From contig JAYTHY010000095.1 of assembly GCA_043732185.1 (NCBI GenBank), positions 1 through 26,023 of the forward strand: a stretch of DNA of 26,023 nt, in the 5' to 3' direction. Position numbers and translations under genes: made by a program. Source of the DNA: Fibrobacteria bacterium. Its GTDB lineage: Bacteria > Fibrobacterota > Fibrobacteria > UBA11236. Below, piece after piece: positions 16,376 through 25,999 of this stretch. The notes under the pieces were generated by a model. That model had not been told where the DNA came from and did no database searches. It saw only the letters and a list, made by a program, of their open reading frames with translations. The first letter of the stretch is position 1, and each line of letters opens with the position of its first letter.

Positions 16376-17728
16376 ATGCCCACCAGCATGTTGATGCCAA
16401 GTCTAAGTCCCACCATGGAAGAGGGCGTGCTAGCCAAATGGCTGGTTAAAGAAGGCGATTTGATAAAACCCGGAACCATGTTGTGCAGTGTGGAAACGGA
16501 CAAAACCACCGTCGATTACGAAAGTATGGATGGCGGGTATCTTCGCAAAATATTGATCCCAAATGGCACTTTGGCCAAGGTGAATCAGCTCATTGCCATT
16601 CTCACAGATGAGAAGAATGAGGATTATGCCGAGTATCTTGCAAAAGCAGAAAAGAAAAGTGCCGATCTACTGGCATCCAAAGGCGGCACCGTGGTAAAAG
16701 CGGAAGCCTCAATTCCCGCCGCACCTGCTTTTGCCGCTTCTGCACCAGTGCTAAAAACCCCGGACCCGATTTCACCGACTGCCCGAACTGCTACCGCCGT
16801 TGTATCTGCGGGAACGCCTTCAGGTCGCATCAAAGCCTCTCCCTTGGCCAAGAAGATGGCAGAAGCTGCAGGAATACCCCTTGAAGGATTGGCCGGTACC
16901 GGCCCAATGGGTCGAGTCATCAAACGCGACATTGAGAATTACCAGCCCGTGGCGGCACCTTTGGCAAGTCGTGGACCCAATACCTCTGCAGAAAAATCTT
17001 CGGAGGGTCCTGTTCAACGCCCGCTGTATGGGTCTTTAGCCGCCATCGGTGAAACCCAGGATTTGCCACTCAACATGATGCGCAAAACTATTGGTAAGCG
17101 TTTACTCGAGTCCCATCAAAATATTCCGACTTTCTTTGTGACCATGAAAATCGATATGGGTCCGCTCAATTCCATAAGAGCCCAGTTGAATCGCAGCCCC
17201 GGCTACAAGGTCAGCGTGAATGACATTTTGATCAAAGCCAGCGCCTTCGCTTTGCGCCAACATCCCATGGTGAACGCATCTTTTATGGGTGACTTCATTA
17301 GGCAGAACGCCAACATCGATATTTGCGTGGCCGTTTCCATCGAGGGTGGATTGATTACTCCGATTGTTCGCGCAGCGGATCAAAAAGGGCTGGGTCAAGT
17401 TTCCGCCGAAGTTAAAAATCTGGTCGCTAAAGCCAAAGCCGGAAAACTGGCTCCTGAGGAATTCCAAGGTGGAACGTTCACATTGTCCAACCTTGGTATG
17501 TACGGGGTTGATTCTTTTACCGCCATTATCAATCCGCCTCAAAGCGCTATCCTGGCCATTGGGGGAATTCAGCAGGAAATATTCCTGGATGGAGACAAGG
17601 TTAAACAGCGCGACATCATGAACGTGACATTAACCGCCGACCATCGCGTTATCGATGGGGCCTTGGCTGCCCAGTTCCTTTCGGGACTCAAGTCCATTTT
17701 GGAAAACCCTGTTTGGCTGATGCTTTAG
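16376..17728 (+). CDS. pdhC: Dihydrolipoamide acetyltransferase E2 (one lipoyl domain)
   Basis: MPSLSPTMEEG, lipoyl-Lys ETDKT, E3-binding ASPLAKK...GTGPMGRV, catalytic DHRVIDGA. Confidence 0.96.
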   Translation: MPTSMLMPSLSPTMEEGVLAKWLVKEGDLIKPGTMLCSVETDKTTVDYESMDGGYLRKILIPNGTLAKVNQLIAILTDEKNEDYAEYLAKAEKKSADLLASKGGTVVKAEASIPAAPAFAASAPVLKTPDPISPTARTATAVVSAGTPSGRIKASPLAKKMAEAAGIPLEGLAGTGPMGRVIKRDIENYQPVAAPLASRGPNTSAEKSSEGPVQRPLYGSLAAIGETQDLPLNMMRKTIGKRLLESHQNIPTFFVTMKIDMGPLNSIRAQLNRSPGYKVSVNDILIKASAFALRQHPMVNASFMGDFIRQNANIDICVAVSIEGGLITPIVRAADQKGLGQVSAEVKNLVAKAKAGKLAPEEFQGGTFTLSNLGMYGVDSFTAIINPPQSAILAIGGIQQEIFLDGDKVKQRDIMNVTLTADHRVIDGALAAQFLSGLKSILENPVWLML

Positions 17729-17737
17729 GAGAATACC

Positions 17738-19141
17738 TTGGAAACGAATTATGATATCGTAGTGATTGGCAGTGGACCCGGCGGCTATGTGGCTGCCATC
17801 AAGGGCGCCAAGGCAGGTAAAAAAGTTGCCTTGATCGAAAAATCCGAACTCGGCGGCATCTGCCTCAATTGGGGATGCATTCCCACCAAAGCCTTGCTTA
17901 AAAGCGCGGAAGTTGCCGGTTACTTAAAACATGCCAATGATTTTGGACTCACGGCGGATAATATTACTGTGCAATATCCCAAGATCATCGACCGCTCACG
18001 CACTGTTGCCAAGCAGAATAGCCAGGGTGTTCAGTTTTTAATGAAGAAGAATAAAATCAGCGTGGTCTTGGGAAATGCCACACTGACTGGCAAGGACACG
18101 ATTGAAGTGGTCGATGCTCAGGGTGTGAAGCAAACATTAAAAGCCAAAGCCATTATTCTGGCAACCGGTGCATCGGCACGATCCTTTCCCCAATATCCAA
18201 TCGATGGTAAGGATTTCATTACCTACCGCCATGCCCTAGGATTGCGCGAGCAGCCCAAAAAGCTACTGATCATTGGCGCAGGTGCTATCGGTGTTGAATT
18301 CGCATATTTCTTCAACTGTTTGGGTACGGAAGTCCATCTTGTGGAAATGCTCCCCCAAATTTTACCGGTTGAAGATGAAGAAATTTCCAAGGCGCTGCTG
18401 TCCTCCTTTAAGAAACAAGGCATTCATTGCTACGTGAGCACCCAGGTCAAGGAAGTCAAATCGACTCAACCCGGCACCATTGAGGCCAAGTTGTTAGACT
18501 CGCAAAAGCAGGAAATGGCATTGACCGTGGATCGCGTGCTCGTAGCCGTCGGCATGTCCCCGAATACCCAAAATTTGGGATTGGAAAATGTTGGTGTGAA
18601 ACTGGATGAGCGAGGTTTTATCAAGGTCGACGATTTTCAGGAAACCTCGGTCAAGGGAATCTATGCCATCGGCGACGTGGCGGGCAAGCAATTATTGGCC
18701 CACAAGGCTTCTGCGGAAGGGGAATTGGCGGTTGCTCGCATTCTCGGTTCCGCGAAACACGGAATCGAATACGGGCAAATTCCCGGAGCTACGTATTGCC
18801 AACCGCAGGTTGCCTCCATCGGCCTCACTGAAAAAGCCTGCAAGGAAAAGAACATTGCCATTAAAATTGGTCGCTTTCCTTTCTCAGCAAGTGGTAAGGC
18901 AAGGGCCATTGGCCATACGGAAGGCATGGTAAAACTGATTTTTGGCGCCAAGTTCGGTGAACTTCTCGGGGCCCATATCCTGGGTTCGGAGGCTACAGAA
19001 ATGTTGGCCGAGCTGGGATTGGCGATGAAACTCGAATCCACGTACGAAGAAATCATGCATACCATCCACGCCCACCCCACCCTATCGGAAGCAGTTATGG
19101 AAGCGGCTGCCGATAGCCAAGGCGCGGCCGTACACATTTGA
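17738..19141 (+). CDS. lpdA: Dihydrolipoyl dehydrogenase E3
   Basis: GSGPGG, GGICLNWGCIPTK, GAGAIGVE, HAHPTLSE. TTG start after AGGAG. Confidence 0.97.
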   Translation: METNYDIVVIGSGPGGYVAAIKGAKAGKKVALIEKSELGGICLNWGCIPTKALLKSAEVAGYLKHANDFGLTADNITVQYPKIIDRSRTVAKQNSQGVQFLMKKNKISVVLGNATLTGKDTIEVVDAQGVKQTLKAKAIILATGASARSFPQYPIDGKDFITYRHALGLREQPKKLLIIGAGAIGVEFAYFFNCLGTEVHLVEMLPQILPVEDEEISKALLSSFKKQGIHCYVSTQVKEVKSTQPGTIEAKLLDSQKQEMALTVDRVLVAVGMSPNTQNLGLENVGVKLDERGFIKVDDFQETSVKGIYAIGDVAGKQLLAHKASAEGELAVARILGSAKHGIEYGQIPGATYCQPQVASIGLTEKACKEKNIAIKIGRFPFSASGKARAIGHTEGMVKLIFGAKFGELLGAHILGSEATEMLAELGLAMKLESTYEEIMHTIHAHPTLSEAVMEAAADSQGAAVHI

Positions 19142-19145
19142 AGAT

Positions 19146-19187
19146 TGGCGGCCGGAGCAATCCGGCACCAGCTGGCACCATCCGCCA
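19146..19187 (+). repeat. Intergenic stem-loop between lpdA and the lipoate ligase gene
   Basis: GCCGGA-GCAA-TCCGGC (GNRA loop, 19151-19166) with outer complementary TGGCGG/CCGCCA. No U tract. Confidence 0.55.
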
Positions 19188-19193
19188 CCAAGA

Positions 19194-19856
19194 ATGCTCT
19201 CCGAAACTTTACAAGTCCTCCGGTACGAAGACGTAGAACCCTGGCAGAACCCTACCGGCGAAAGCCTGCTTTCCAATACGGAAATGCCCTACAGAATCTG
19301 GACACCGGATTCCAATTGGTTAGTGCTTGGAAATTCACAGGATCCGGAAAAAGAGCTCAACGTAGTGGAAGTAAGGAACGACGCCATTCCCGTTTATAAA
19401 AGGCGTAGCGGCGGCGGCGCGGTTTTACTTTCCTCCGGGTGCCTTTGCCTTGGCTTTCGATTTTCTAAACGCAAAGAATTTAATCTTCAGGATTATTTCA
19501 AGATAGGATCTGACCATATTCGCAATGTTGTTAAAACGGCACTAGACATTGTTTTAGAACCCAAAGGCATATCGGATTTGGTTTTCGAGGATCGCAAGGT
19601 TGTGGGCTGCGCGCTTTATATGCCTAGGGATTATGTGCTCTACCTGGCATCCATACTCATTGAACCGAATTTTTTCGAAATCGACAGATATCTAGCCCAT
19701 CCCAGTAAAGAACCGGAGTATAGAAGCAGGCGGCCGCACAGTGAGTTTTTAGTTGGACTTGCCACTTTGGCCAAAGCAACGTCGATTGCGCAGGTACTTT
19801 CGGACCAGTTTATGAATACTACACCTGTCCAAATGGACAGATTACTTTACTGGTAG
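19194..19856 (+). CDS. Lipoate-protein ligase family protein (BPL/LplA/LipB catalytic domain only)
   Basis: LVLG, RRSGGGAV, GISDL...RKVVG. Last gene of the PDH operon. Its 3' end overlaps the convergent gene by 15 nt. Confidence 0.85.
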   Translation: MLSETLQVLRYEDVEPWQNPTGESLLSNTEMPYRIWTPDSNWLVLGNSQDPEKELNVVEVRNDAIPVYKRRSGGGAVLLSSGCLCLGFRFSKRKEFNLQDYFKIGSDHIRNVVKTALDIVLEPKGISDLVFEDRKVVGCALYMPRDYVLYLASILIEPNFFEIDRYLAHPSKEPEYRSRRPHSEFLVGLATLAKATSIAQVLSDQFMNTTPVQMDRLLYW

Positions 19857-20855
19857 CCCGGCCGACCCTGTTTGTACTGCAGCGCCAGTGCCTTTGGTGG
19901 AGTCCGGCTTCGGAGGCGCCACCAATAATTCCATTGGCTTCTTTTTGAAAGCATCAAAACGCCATGAAGAAAGTTTGACTAATTCCTTGCGGTTAGGATG
20001 CACGGTGTAGGCATAACCTCCTAATGGTTTACTGGCTTTCAACTCCATCGACTTTCCATTTTTCAAAGTCCCTTTGATCCAAACCATAGGACTATCCACA
20101 TTAACCTTGGCAATATTGGTATCCAACGGCGATGTAAATTCATCTATAGCTATATCCCCAAAGCGAGTTGTCATTTCCACAATAGCAGCTTTGTTTACAC
20201 GCACACTGTCAGCTGGTTCCAACATTTTCCAAGTCGTGTCATTGATCGCTTCAAGTTTGTAATGATAGGCGATGCCGGTTGTATCCTTCCAAGTGGTTTC
20301 CAAATACTTTAATTCTTTAACATTAACTTGTATAAGCTTTTTTTCTTTCCATTCATTATTCTTTGCACTGATTTCCCAAGCATAATTCCCAGGACTCCGG
20401 AAGACGTCCGGCTTATCAGCGAATCTCCAATAAAGGGAGCTGTAGTCTGCGGCGGAAGTCTTACCCACAATCACATCGATCACGGATTGCCCAGATCGAT
20501 CCAGCAATGTCACATGCTTTCCTTCAATCGAATCCAATCCGTATTCTGCATAGCGCGCCGGATTATGCGAGACCACATCCCGGGATTGCAAGGTAAAAAT
20601 ATTTTTCAGGAATTTATTGGCCTTGGCTGTATCAACCGGAAATCCATCACCTGAAACAATCCATGGCCCATCTTTTTTAGTGATAGCGGATGTGTCTGGC
20701 CGTTTTGTAACTCGGACAGAAATTACATCTATTAATCGACTGCTGTCGAAAACCATAGCCTCGCTACTCATTGTTTTTTCTGCGCTACGCTTTTTGATTA
20801 AAATTGCAGCCAACACCACCAAGGCAGCTAGCAGCACAACAAAAGTCCTTTTCAT
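19842..20855 (-). CDS. DUF4340-type exported/membrane-anchored ABC accessory protein
   Basis: N-terminal hydrophobic anchor, YAEYGLD motif, VIVGK. Last gene of a gldA/F/G-type operon, with ATGA overlap. Confidence 0.75.
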   Translation of the reverse strand: MKRTFVVLLAALVVLAAILIKKRSAEKTMSSEAMVFDSSRLIDVISVRVTKRPDTSAITKKDGPWIVSGDGFPVDTAKANKFLKNIFTLQSRDVVSHNPARYAEYGLDSIEGKHVTLLDRSGQSVIDVIVGKTSAADYSSLYWRFADKPDVFRSPGNYAWEISAKNNEWKEKKLIQVNVKELKYLETTWKDTTGIAYHYKLEAINDTTWKMLEPADSVRVNKAAIVEMTTRFGDIAIDEFTSPLDTNIAKVNVDSPMVWIKGTLKNGKSMELKASKPLGGYAYTVHPNRKELVKLSSWRFDAFKKKPMELLVAPPKPDSTKGTGAAVQTGSAGLPVK

Positions 20856-22480
20856 GCCACGTCCTCCCGATTTTTTCTTCGGATTCCAAGTGCAACACCT
20901 GCCGCAAGCAAAATTCCCGGTGCTAAAAGCAAATTCAACAATACGATTGGAATCTTCCGCGATTTTTTTCCATCCTGTATGGGCGAATTGGCAATTTCTC
21001 GGCTACGAATTGTGATTAAGTCAGGATCCAATGCCAATTGATCCATACTATTTAGCAGCATATGGAGATTAGTCATGCCTTGAGTGTAACCCACGTAAAA
21101 GTCCGTGGCAAAAAGTGCATTGCCAATGACAAGCATGCGCGCTTCCTTTTTCGCGACTTTTATGATTGCAGTGGTATCAATATGTTGTGTGCTATCCCCG
21201 GCAGGGGCCGCATGATCGCTATAAAAAGAACGCAGTTTTCCGGATTTGAGTACGGCCAAGGGATAGGACCTTTGATTGACGGGCAAAAATTCCTTTAGGT
21301 CGCGAGGCAGCAAAAAGAAGTTGTTAGCCTCTTCCCAAGACCCTTTAGATGAACTCGCCAAGATCTCGACCTTGGTCGAATCCTTTTGAAGGGTATCAAT
21401 ATCAATGGCAGAAGCCCAAGGAAGACTGATGGTACCAAGTTTGGAGGTAATGGCTGAAGTGGCACTTAGTCCATCCGCACCAACTTTAATCCAGTAAGGA
21501 TATGGAGAAGGAAAGAAGGACTGTCCAAACCGCACAAATTCAAAATTGCGATCTTCCAATATTACGTCTTTCCGAACCGCTAGGCCATAATGGGCGAGCA
21601 GGTCTTCGTATCCATTGCTAGACGCTGTACCATTGATTCCAGATCCTAATGTTAAATTAACACCAGGGGAAAGGAAGATGACCGATTTCCCTTTCATCAA
21701 ATATTGGTCTAGATAAAACTTTTCCGTTTCCGACAGATGGGAGGGCGCGGCAACCAGCAAAAGATCCACGCTTTCGGATATGGGCCCTTTCAGTGGATCG
21801 AGCTTTTCCATCTTATAAAGTTTTTCTGCCTCTTCTTTAAGTGCCGGATAGTTCTCATCAAAACCCGTGGTGGTTTTGGGTTGCGGACCTGGCAATGTCA
21901 TCGTGAACTTGTTGTTGTCGGAGCCTTCAAGAATGCCGATGGTCTTAATAGAACCCGTCAGCTTCTTGAGCTTGACAACCAAATCGTATTCAAAGGATTC
22001 CAGGTTTTGCAAAACCGGAATGATTTCCTTCTTATCGCCATAGGTCAAAGCCAACCCAAAAAAACCTTTCTTGATTTGCAGTCCTTCACTGCTCTGTTCC
22101 TGCAACTGAACTTCCTGGATGCCCAATGCCGTGGCTTGCTGCCGCTTGGTTTCACTCTCCCCTGGATCATCAAATACCAGGGTAATCTTTCCATTGGCCT
22201 GAGCTTCGAATTCTCGTAACAAATCAACCACATGCGTACGAATTTGCAAGAACTGCGTGGGCAAATCCTTGGACATCACAACCTTTACTGTAACCAGATC
22301 AGGTAAATTTCCGATGGTATGCAAAGCAGCCTTACTCAAGGTAAACTGCTTGCTCTCGGTCAAATCCAACCGTCGGTGGAAAAACATCTGACTGACCAAG
22401 CCGACCACGGCCAGGATAACCACTAAAGTGACGATGCTTAAATAGGCGTTAGCCCGGCTGCTTAATTTTTTTGAATTCAT
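20852..22480 (-). CDS. GldG-family ABC transporter auxiliary component
   Basis: N-terminal TM, RLDLTESKQFTLS, LEsFEYDL, LDQYLMKGK, LITIRSR, C-terminal TM followed by RRK. Confidence 0.88.
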   Translation of the reverse strand: MNSKKLSSRANAYLSIVTLVVILAVVGLVSQMFFHRRLDLTESKQFTLSKAALHTIGNLPDLVTVKVVMSKDLPTQFLQIRTHVVDLLREFEAQANGKITLVFDDPGESETKRQQATALGIQEVQLQEQSSEGLQIKKGFFGLALTYGDKKEIIPVLQNLESFEYDLVVKLKKLTGSIKTIGILEGSDNNKFTMTLPGPQPKTTTGFDENYPALKEEAEKLYKMEKLDPLKGPISESVDLLLVAAPSHLSETEKFYLDQYLMKGKSVIFLSPGVNLTLGSGINGTASSNGYEDLLAHYGLAVRKDVILEDRNFEFVRFGQSFFPSPYPYWIKVGADGLSATSAITSKLGTISLPWASAIDIDTLQKDSTKVEILASSSKGSWEEANNFFLLPRDLKEFLPVNQRSYPLAVLKSGKLRSFYSDHAAPAGDSTQHIDTTAIIKVAKKEARMLVIGNALFATDFYVGYTQGMTNLHMLLNSMDQLALDPDLITIRSREIANSPIQDGKKSRKIPIVLLNLLLAPGILLAAGVALGIRRKNREDVA

Positions 22481-22483
22481 GGT

Positions 22484-23206
22484 TTATCTCCACTTCCTCG
22501 CTTCAATGTTCTTTACGTTTAAGTAAAGAAACAAGGTGATAATCGAGGCATAATAGATGACGTCACGCGAGTCAATTACACCGCGCGTAACATTGTTGAA
22601 GTGGCTGAGCAGGCTAACGTATTCGCAAATGCCGACAATGGAACCGAGCGAATTCAAATACGTGGGTGCAATGCCTATCAAAAGCAAAACAAAAACAACT
22701 GCCAGTGAAATAATGAATGCCACCACCTGATTTTCCGTTAAGGAACTGATGTACAACCCAATGGCAAGATAGGCGGATCCCAAAAACAAGGCTCCTACGT
22801 ACGAACCCACGATTACTCCATAATCCGGTTTGCCAAGATAGGCAAGGGTTATCGGAATGGTCATGGAAAACAACAGGGTGACGGCAAGAAACGCAAAGCT
22901 GGCAAGGAACTTTCCAAAAACAACTTCCCATTCCCGCAGCGGCATGGTCAAAAGCAGTTCCACTGTTCCTGTTTTCTTTTCCTCAGCCCAAAGCCGCATG
23001 GTTATGGCGGGAACGAAAAAGAGAAAGATCCAGGGTAGCGCCGCAAAATAGCCGCGCATGGAAACCTGACCTTGCCGGAAGAAATCCTGCACAAAGAAAA
23101 AGAAGGCGTTGGACACCAACAGATAAAATATGATAAAGACAAATCCCACAGGAGATGAGAAATAGCTCCGAAACTCCCGCTTGAAAATGGATAAAGTATT
23201 ATTCAT
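22484..23206 (-). CDS. ABC-2 type permease (GldF-like)
   Basis: REFRSYFSSP, PAITMRLWAEEKKTGTVELLLTMP, ISSLTENQVVAF, GVIDSRDVIYY. Confidence 0.92.
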   Translation of the reverse strand: MNNTLSIFKREFRSYFSSPVGFVFIIFYLLVSNAFFFFVQDFFRQGQVSMRGYFAALPWIFLFFVPAITMRLWAEEKKTGTVELLLTMPLREWEVVFGKFLASFAFLAVTLLFSMTIPITLAYLGKPDYGVIVGSYVGALFLGSAYLAIGLYISSLTENQVVAFIISLAVVFVLLLIGIAPTYLNSLGSIVGICEYVSLLSHFNNVTRGVIDSRDVIYYASIITLFLYLNVKNIEARKWR

Positions 23207-23207
23207 T

Positions 23208-24131
23208 TCAACCTCTCGTCAGTTTTGCGAATACGTCTTCAAGGCTGGCGGTTTCGGCCTTGAGCTCAGAAACCAACCAGCTTTTTTCCGCCGCCATTTT
23301 GAAAATATCCACGGCTACATTTTTTTGATCGACGCCCTGTATGGCAAGCCGAATGAATCCGTCCTGTCCCTGCGTTATCACCTCAGCCTTCGTTACAAAG
23401 GAAGCCGAGGCCAACTGGCTATGAACATCATTTCCCTTGGCTGTTACGTACACGGTTGTACCAGACGAACGGGTCATCAGTTCCTTGGGTGTCCCCTGAG
23501 CGACGATATGACCATTATTAATAATCAGAACACGGTCACTGGTGCTCTCCACCTCAGACAGGATATGCGTAGAATGGATCACGGTTTTTTCCTGACCCAG
23601 ATTGTTGATCAAACTCAAAATGTCACGAATTTGATTGGGATCCAGGCCGGATGTCGGTTCGTCCAAAATTAAAATGGCAGGGTCATGGATCAGCGCCTGC
23701 GCCAGACCAACCCGTTGCCGATACCCTTTAGACAAATGTCCAATCAACTTGCGCGTTACTTTTCCAAGGTCACAGTCTGATATAACCTTATCGACCGCGC
23801 TTTTCCGTTTATTGGCAGCAATGCCACGAATCTCGGAGGCAAAGGTTAAATAAGCGGTAACGTCCATTTCATGATACAGCGGGCAACTTTCCGGAAGGTA
23901 CCCAATCTGCTCTTTGACTTTCAATGGGTTGTCAAAGGTGTCATGTCCGTGAATGCTGGCCTTGCCGGAGGATGCGGCGATAAAGCAGGTTAGGATTTTC
24001 ATAGTCGTGGTCTTACCCGCCCCGTTTGGCCCTAGCAAACCGACGACTTCACCTTTTTCAATATGAAAAGAAATATTGTCAATCGCTAATGATTGGCCAT
24101 ACCGTTTGGTAAGGCCTTCGACATGAATCAT
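23208..24131 (-). CDS. ABC transporter ATP-binding protein (GldA-like)
   Basis: GPNGAGKTT, LSKGYRQRVGLAQA, ILDEPTSGLDPNQ, STHILSEV. Confidence 0.95.
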   Translation of the reverse strand: MIHVEGLTKRYGQSLAIDNISFHIEKGEVVGLLGPNGAGKTTTMKILTCFIAASSGKASIHGHDTFDNPLKVKEQIGYLPESCPLYHEMDVTAYLTFASEIRGIAANKRKSAVDKVISDCDLGKVTRKLIGHLSKGYRQRVGLAQALIHDPAILILDEPTSGLDPNQIRDILSLINNLGQEKTVIHSTHILSEVESTSDRVLIINNGHIVAQGTPKELMTRSSGTTVYVTAKGNDVHSQLASASFVTKAEVITQGQDGFIRLAIQGVDQKNVAVDIFKMAAEKSWLVSELKAETASLEDVFAKLTRG

Positions 24132-24188
24132 AGGTCAGCCTTTCAACAACCGGGATCTTGATATGGTTAGATCCGCGAAATCGCGATA

Positions 24189-24217
24189 AAATTACTTAGG
24201 TGCGAGTCGAAAGTCAA
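24189..24217 (-). promoter_or_regulatory. Sigma70-like promoter for the Gld-type ABC operon
   Basis: TTGACT-17 nt-TAATTT about 60 nt upstream of the ATG at 24131. Confidence 0.5.
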
Positions 24218-24419
24218 GCCGATGTCCATTTTGGCCCGATCGTTGTAAGCCGAAATCAAACGCCATCAAGCCATTGCCAGCTAGTTCCTTTCCCGCAAGA
24301 ACATAGAGAAAATGATGGCGTGAAAAGAGTTTATAAGTACCAGAATCCCGTGGAAGAGAAATGGTGGTTAGTAGTAAGCTGTTGAGTACCATGGCTTTTC
24401 AAAAATCCGATTTTACCCT

Positions 24420-25934
24420 ATGAGGCGAGACCGAGCAGAAATCGGGAAGGCATTTCTGTTTGCCGCGATTTTGGCAGGAGCCGTTCATGTAGCCCTTTTC
24501 TTAGTGGTTACGCTTGCTCGTATTGGATATCGGTACGAATTAGAATGGACTGAAGCCGGTATTTTAGTGCAAGTCAATCATGTTATGCGTGGAATGCCAG
24601 TATTTTCCGCGCCGTCTCCGGAATACGTGGCGTATTTTTACACCCCTCTCTATTTTTGGTTGGGGGCCATAGCTTCCGTTTTCGGCGGAGGCTTTTTGCC
24701 ATTGCGTTTATTATCCTTGCTGTCCATTCTTGCTGCCATGGGATTGGGTTATCGTTGGATACGATCTACTACGGGGTCCACTTACGCAGGGGTTTTATCG
24801 ACATGCCTATTCGCTGCTTCGTTTAAGCTGACAGGATTCTGGTTCGATCTTGCGAGGGTGGACAACCTTTGCCTGTTTTTTCTCATCCTCGGATTACGGA
24901 TTATCTACGCAGCCCCAACTGCTTGGTCCGGAACACTGGCGGCACTCACCTTTTCGCTGGCCTTTATGACCAAACAAAATTCCATCGCGGTTACTGTAGC
25001 GATGCTACCCTTAGTGCTACTTAAGGGCTTCAGGCATGGCCGTGAAACTAAGGGAACGTTCCAGAGAAAACAATTCTTAATCGCCTTTGGGGCAGCAATT
25101 ATTTTAGGCACGGGTGGTTGGTCCATTTTCCTGAATTGGAAATCGGACGGTTGGTTTAATTATTTCGTCTTCATGGTGCCGTCCGGTGAGCCAAGTGTTC
25201 CCGGAGCATGGTTAAGATTCTGGACTCAAGATTTACGGCTCTTTTTTTTACCCTTGGGTTTGGCAGGATTCGCGGTGTATCGTGCTTTTTCTCACGGTGG
25301 ATTATTTTCCGAAATTCTTTGGTTTAGACTGTGCGCAAGTGCTGGTATGGTGGGCTCTGCGTGGATTACGCGCACTCATGTTGGCAGCTGGAACAATGTA
25401 CTGATGCCGGCTTTTGCATGGCTGGCGATTATGGCCGGCTGGGGAGTGGCAGAATTATTGCCGTTGTCCGGCAGACGGGGCATGTTCATTGGAACCTTGT
25501 TCCTTTTTCAATTTGCATCTCTCCTTTATAACCCGTGGACCCAAATCCCCACAGCGGCCGATAGTGTCGAGGGAGCCGCCATTGTAGATAAGATTCGCAG
25601 CATGCAAGGGGATGTGTGGGTGCTCGATCACGAATACTTGGCGGAATGGGCGGGGAAAAAAGTTTTTGGAAATCGCATGTTGCTCCAGGGTCTTAGGCAT
25701 GGCTCAGGCGGTAATCCACATAAGCTTGAGGAAGATTCCCTTTTAACGCTTCTGAAACAAAAGCGCTTCGGCGCGATTGTGATGGATTCCCCGGACTGGC
25801 ATGATGGTCTGATCTTCCCATCATCGATGGATTCCTATTATTCCCTGCAGGATAGTTTTCCCCTATCAGGCCGTGCCTTTTATCCCAAGACGGGCGAGAA
25901 ATCGCGACCGCGATATGTCTACCTACCCAAGTAG
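24420..25934 (+). CDS. Polytopic membrane glycosyltransferase, GT-C fold (ArnT/PMT-like)
   Basis: Many TM segments, acidic first loop (ELEWTE), YTPLY, RLLS, ARVD, TKQ and a soluble C-terminal region. Confidence 0.75.
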   Translation: MRRDRAEIGKAFLFAAILAGAVHVALFLVVTLARIGYRYELEWTEAGILVQVNHVMRGMPVFSAPSPEYVAYFYTPLYFWLGAIASVFGGGFLPLRLLSLLSILAAMGLGYRWIRSTTGSTYAGVLSTCLFAASFKLTGFWFDLARVDNLCLFFLILGLRIIYAAPTAWSGTLAALTFSLAFMTKQNSIAVTVAMLPLVLLKGFRHGRETKGTFQRKQFLIAFGAAIILGTGGWSIFLNWKSDGWFNYFVFMVPSGEPSVPGAWLRFWTQDLRLFFLPLGLAGFAVYRAFSHGGLFSEILWFRLCASAGMVGSAWITRTHVGSWNNVLMPAFAWLAIMAGWGVAELLPLSGRRGMFIGTLFLFQFASLLYNPWTQIPTAADSVEGAAIVDKIRSMQGDVWVLDHEYLAEWAGKKVFGNRMLLQGLRHGSGGNPHKLEEDSLLTLLKQKRFGAIVMDSPDWHDGLIFPSSMDSYYSLQDSFPLSGRAFYPKTGEKSRPRYVYLPK

Positions 25935-25979
25935 AAAAAATAGGTTATGACGATTAACTTTTCATCGGCGGTGATTTCC

Positions 25980-25999
25980 TGGGAGCGCCGGCGCTCCCA
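25980..25999. repeat. Perfect 20-bp GC-rich palindrome (REP-like)
   Basis: TGGGAGCGCC-GGCGCTCCCA, 45 nt after the glycosyltransferase stop. Confidence 0.6.

Noticed and set aside
24192..24392. Short overlapping ORFs (24192..24392 minus, 24200..24385 plus)
   Set aside because: They lie in the divergent promoter region, lack a clear RBS or motifs, and overlap the predicted promoter. A gene remnant cannot be excluded.
236..25700. The remaining short antisense or out-of-frame ORFs in the track
   Set aside because: They overlap well-supported genes and show no family motifs, so they are treated as shadow ORFs.
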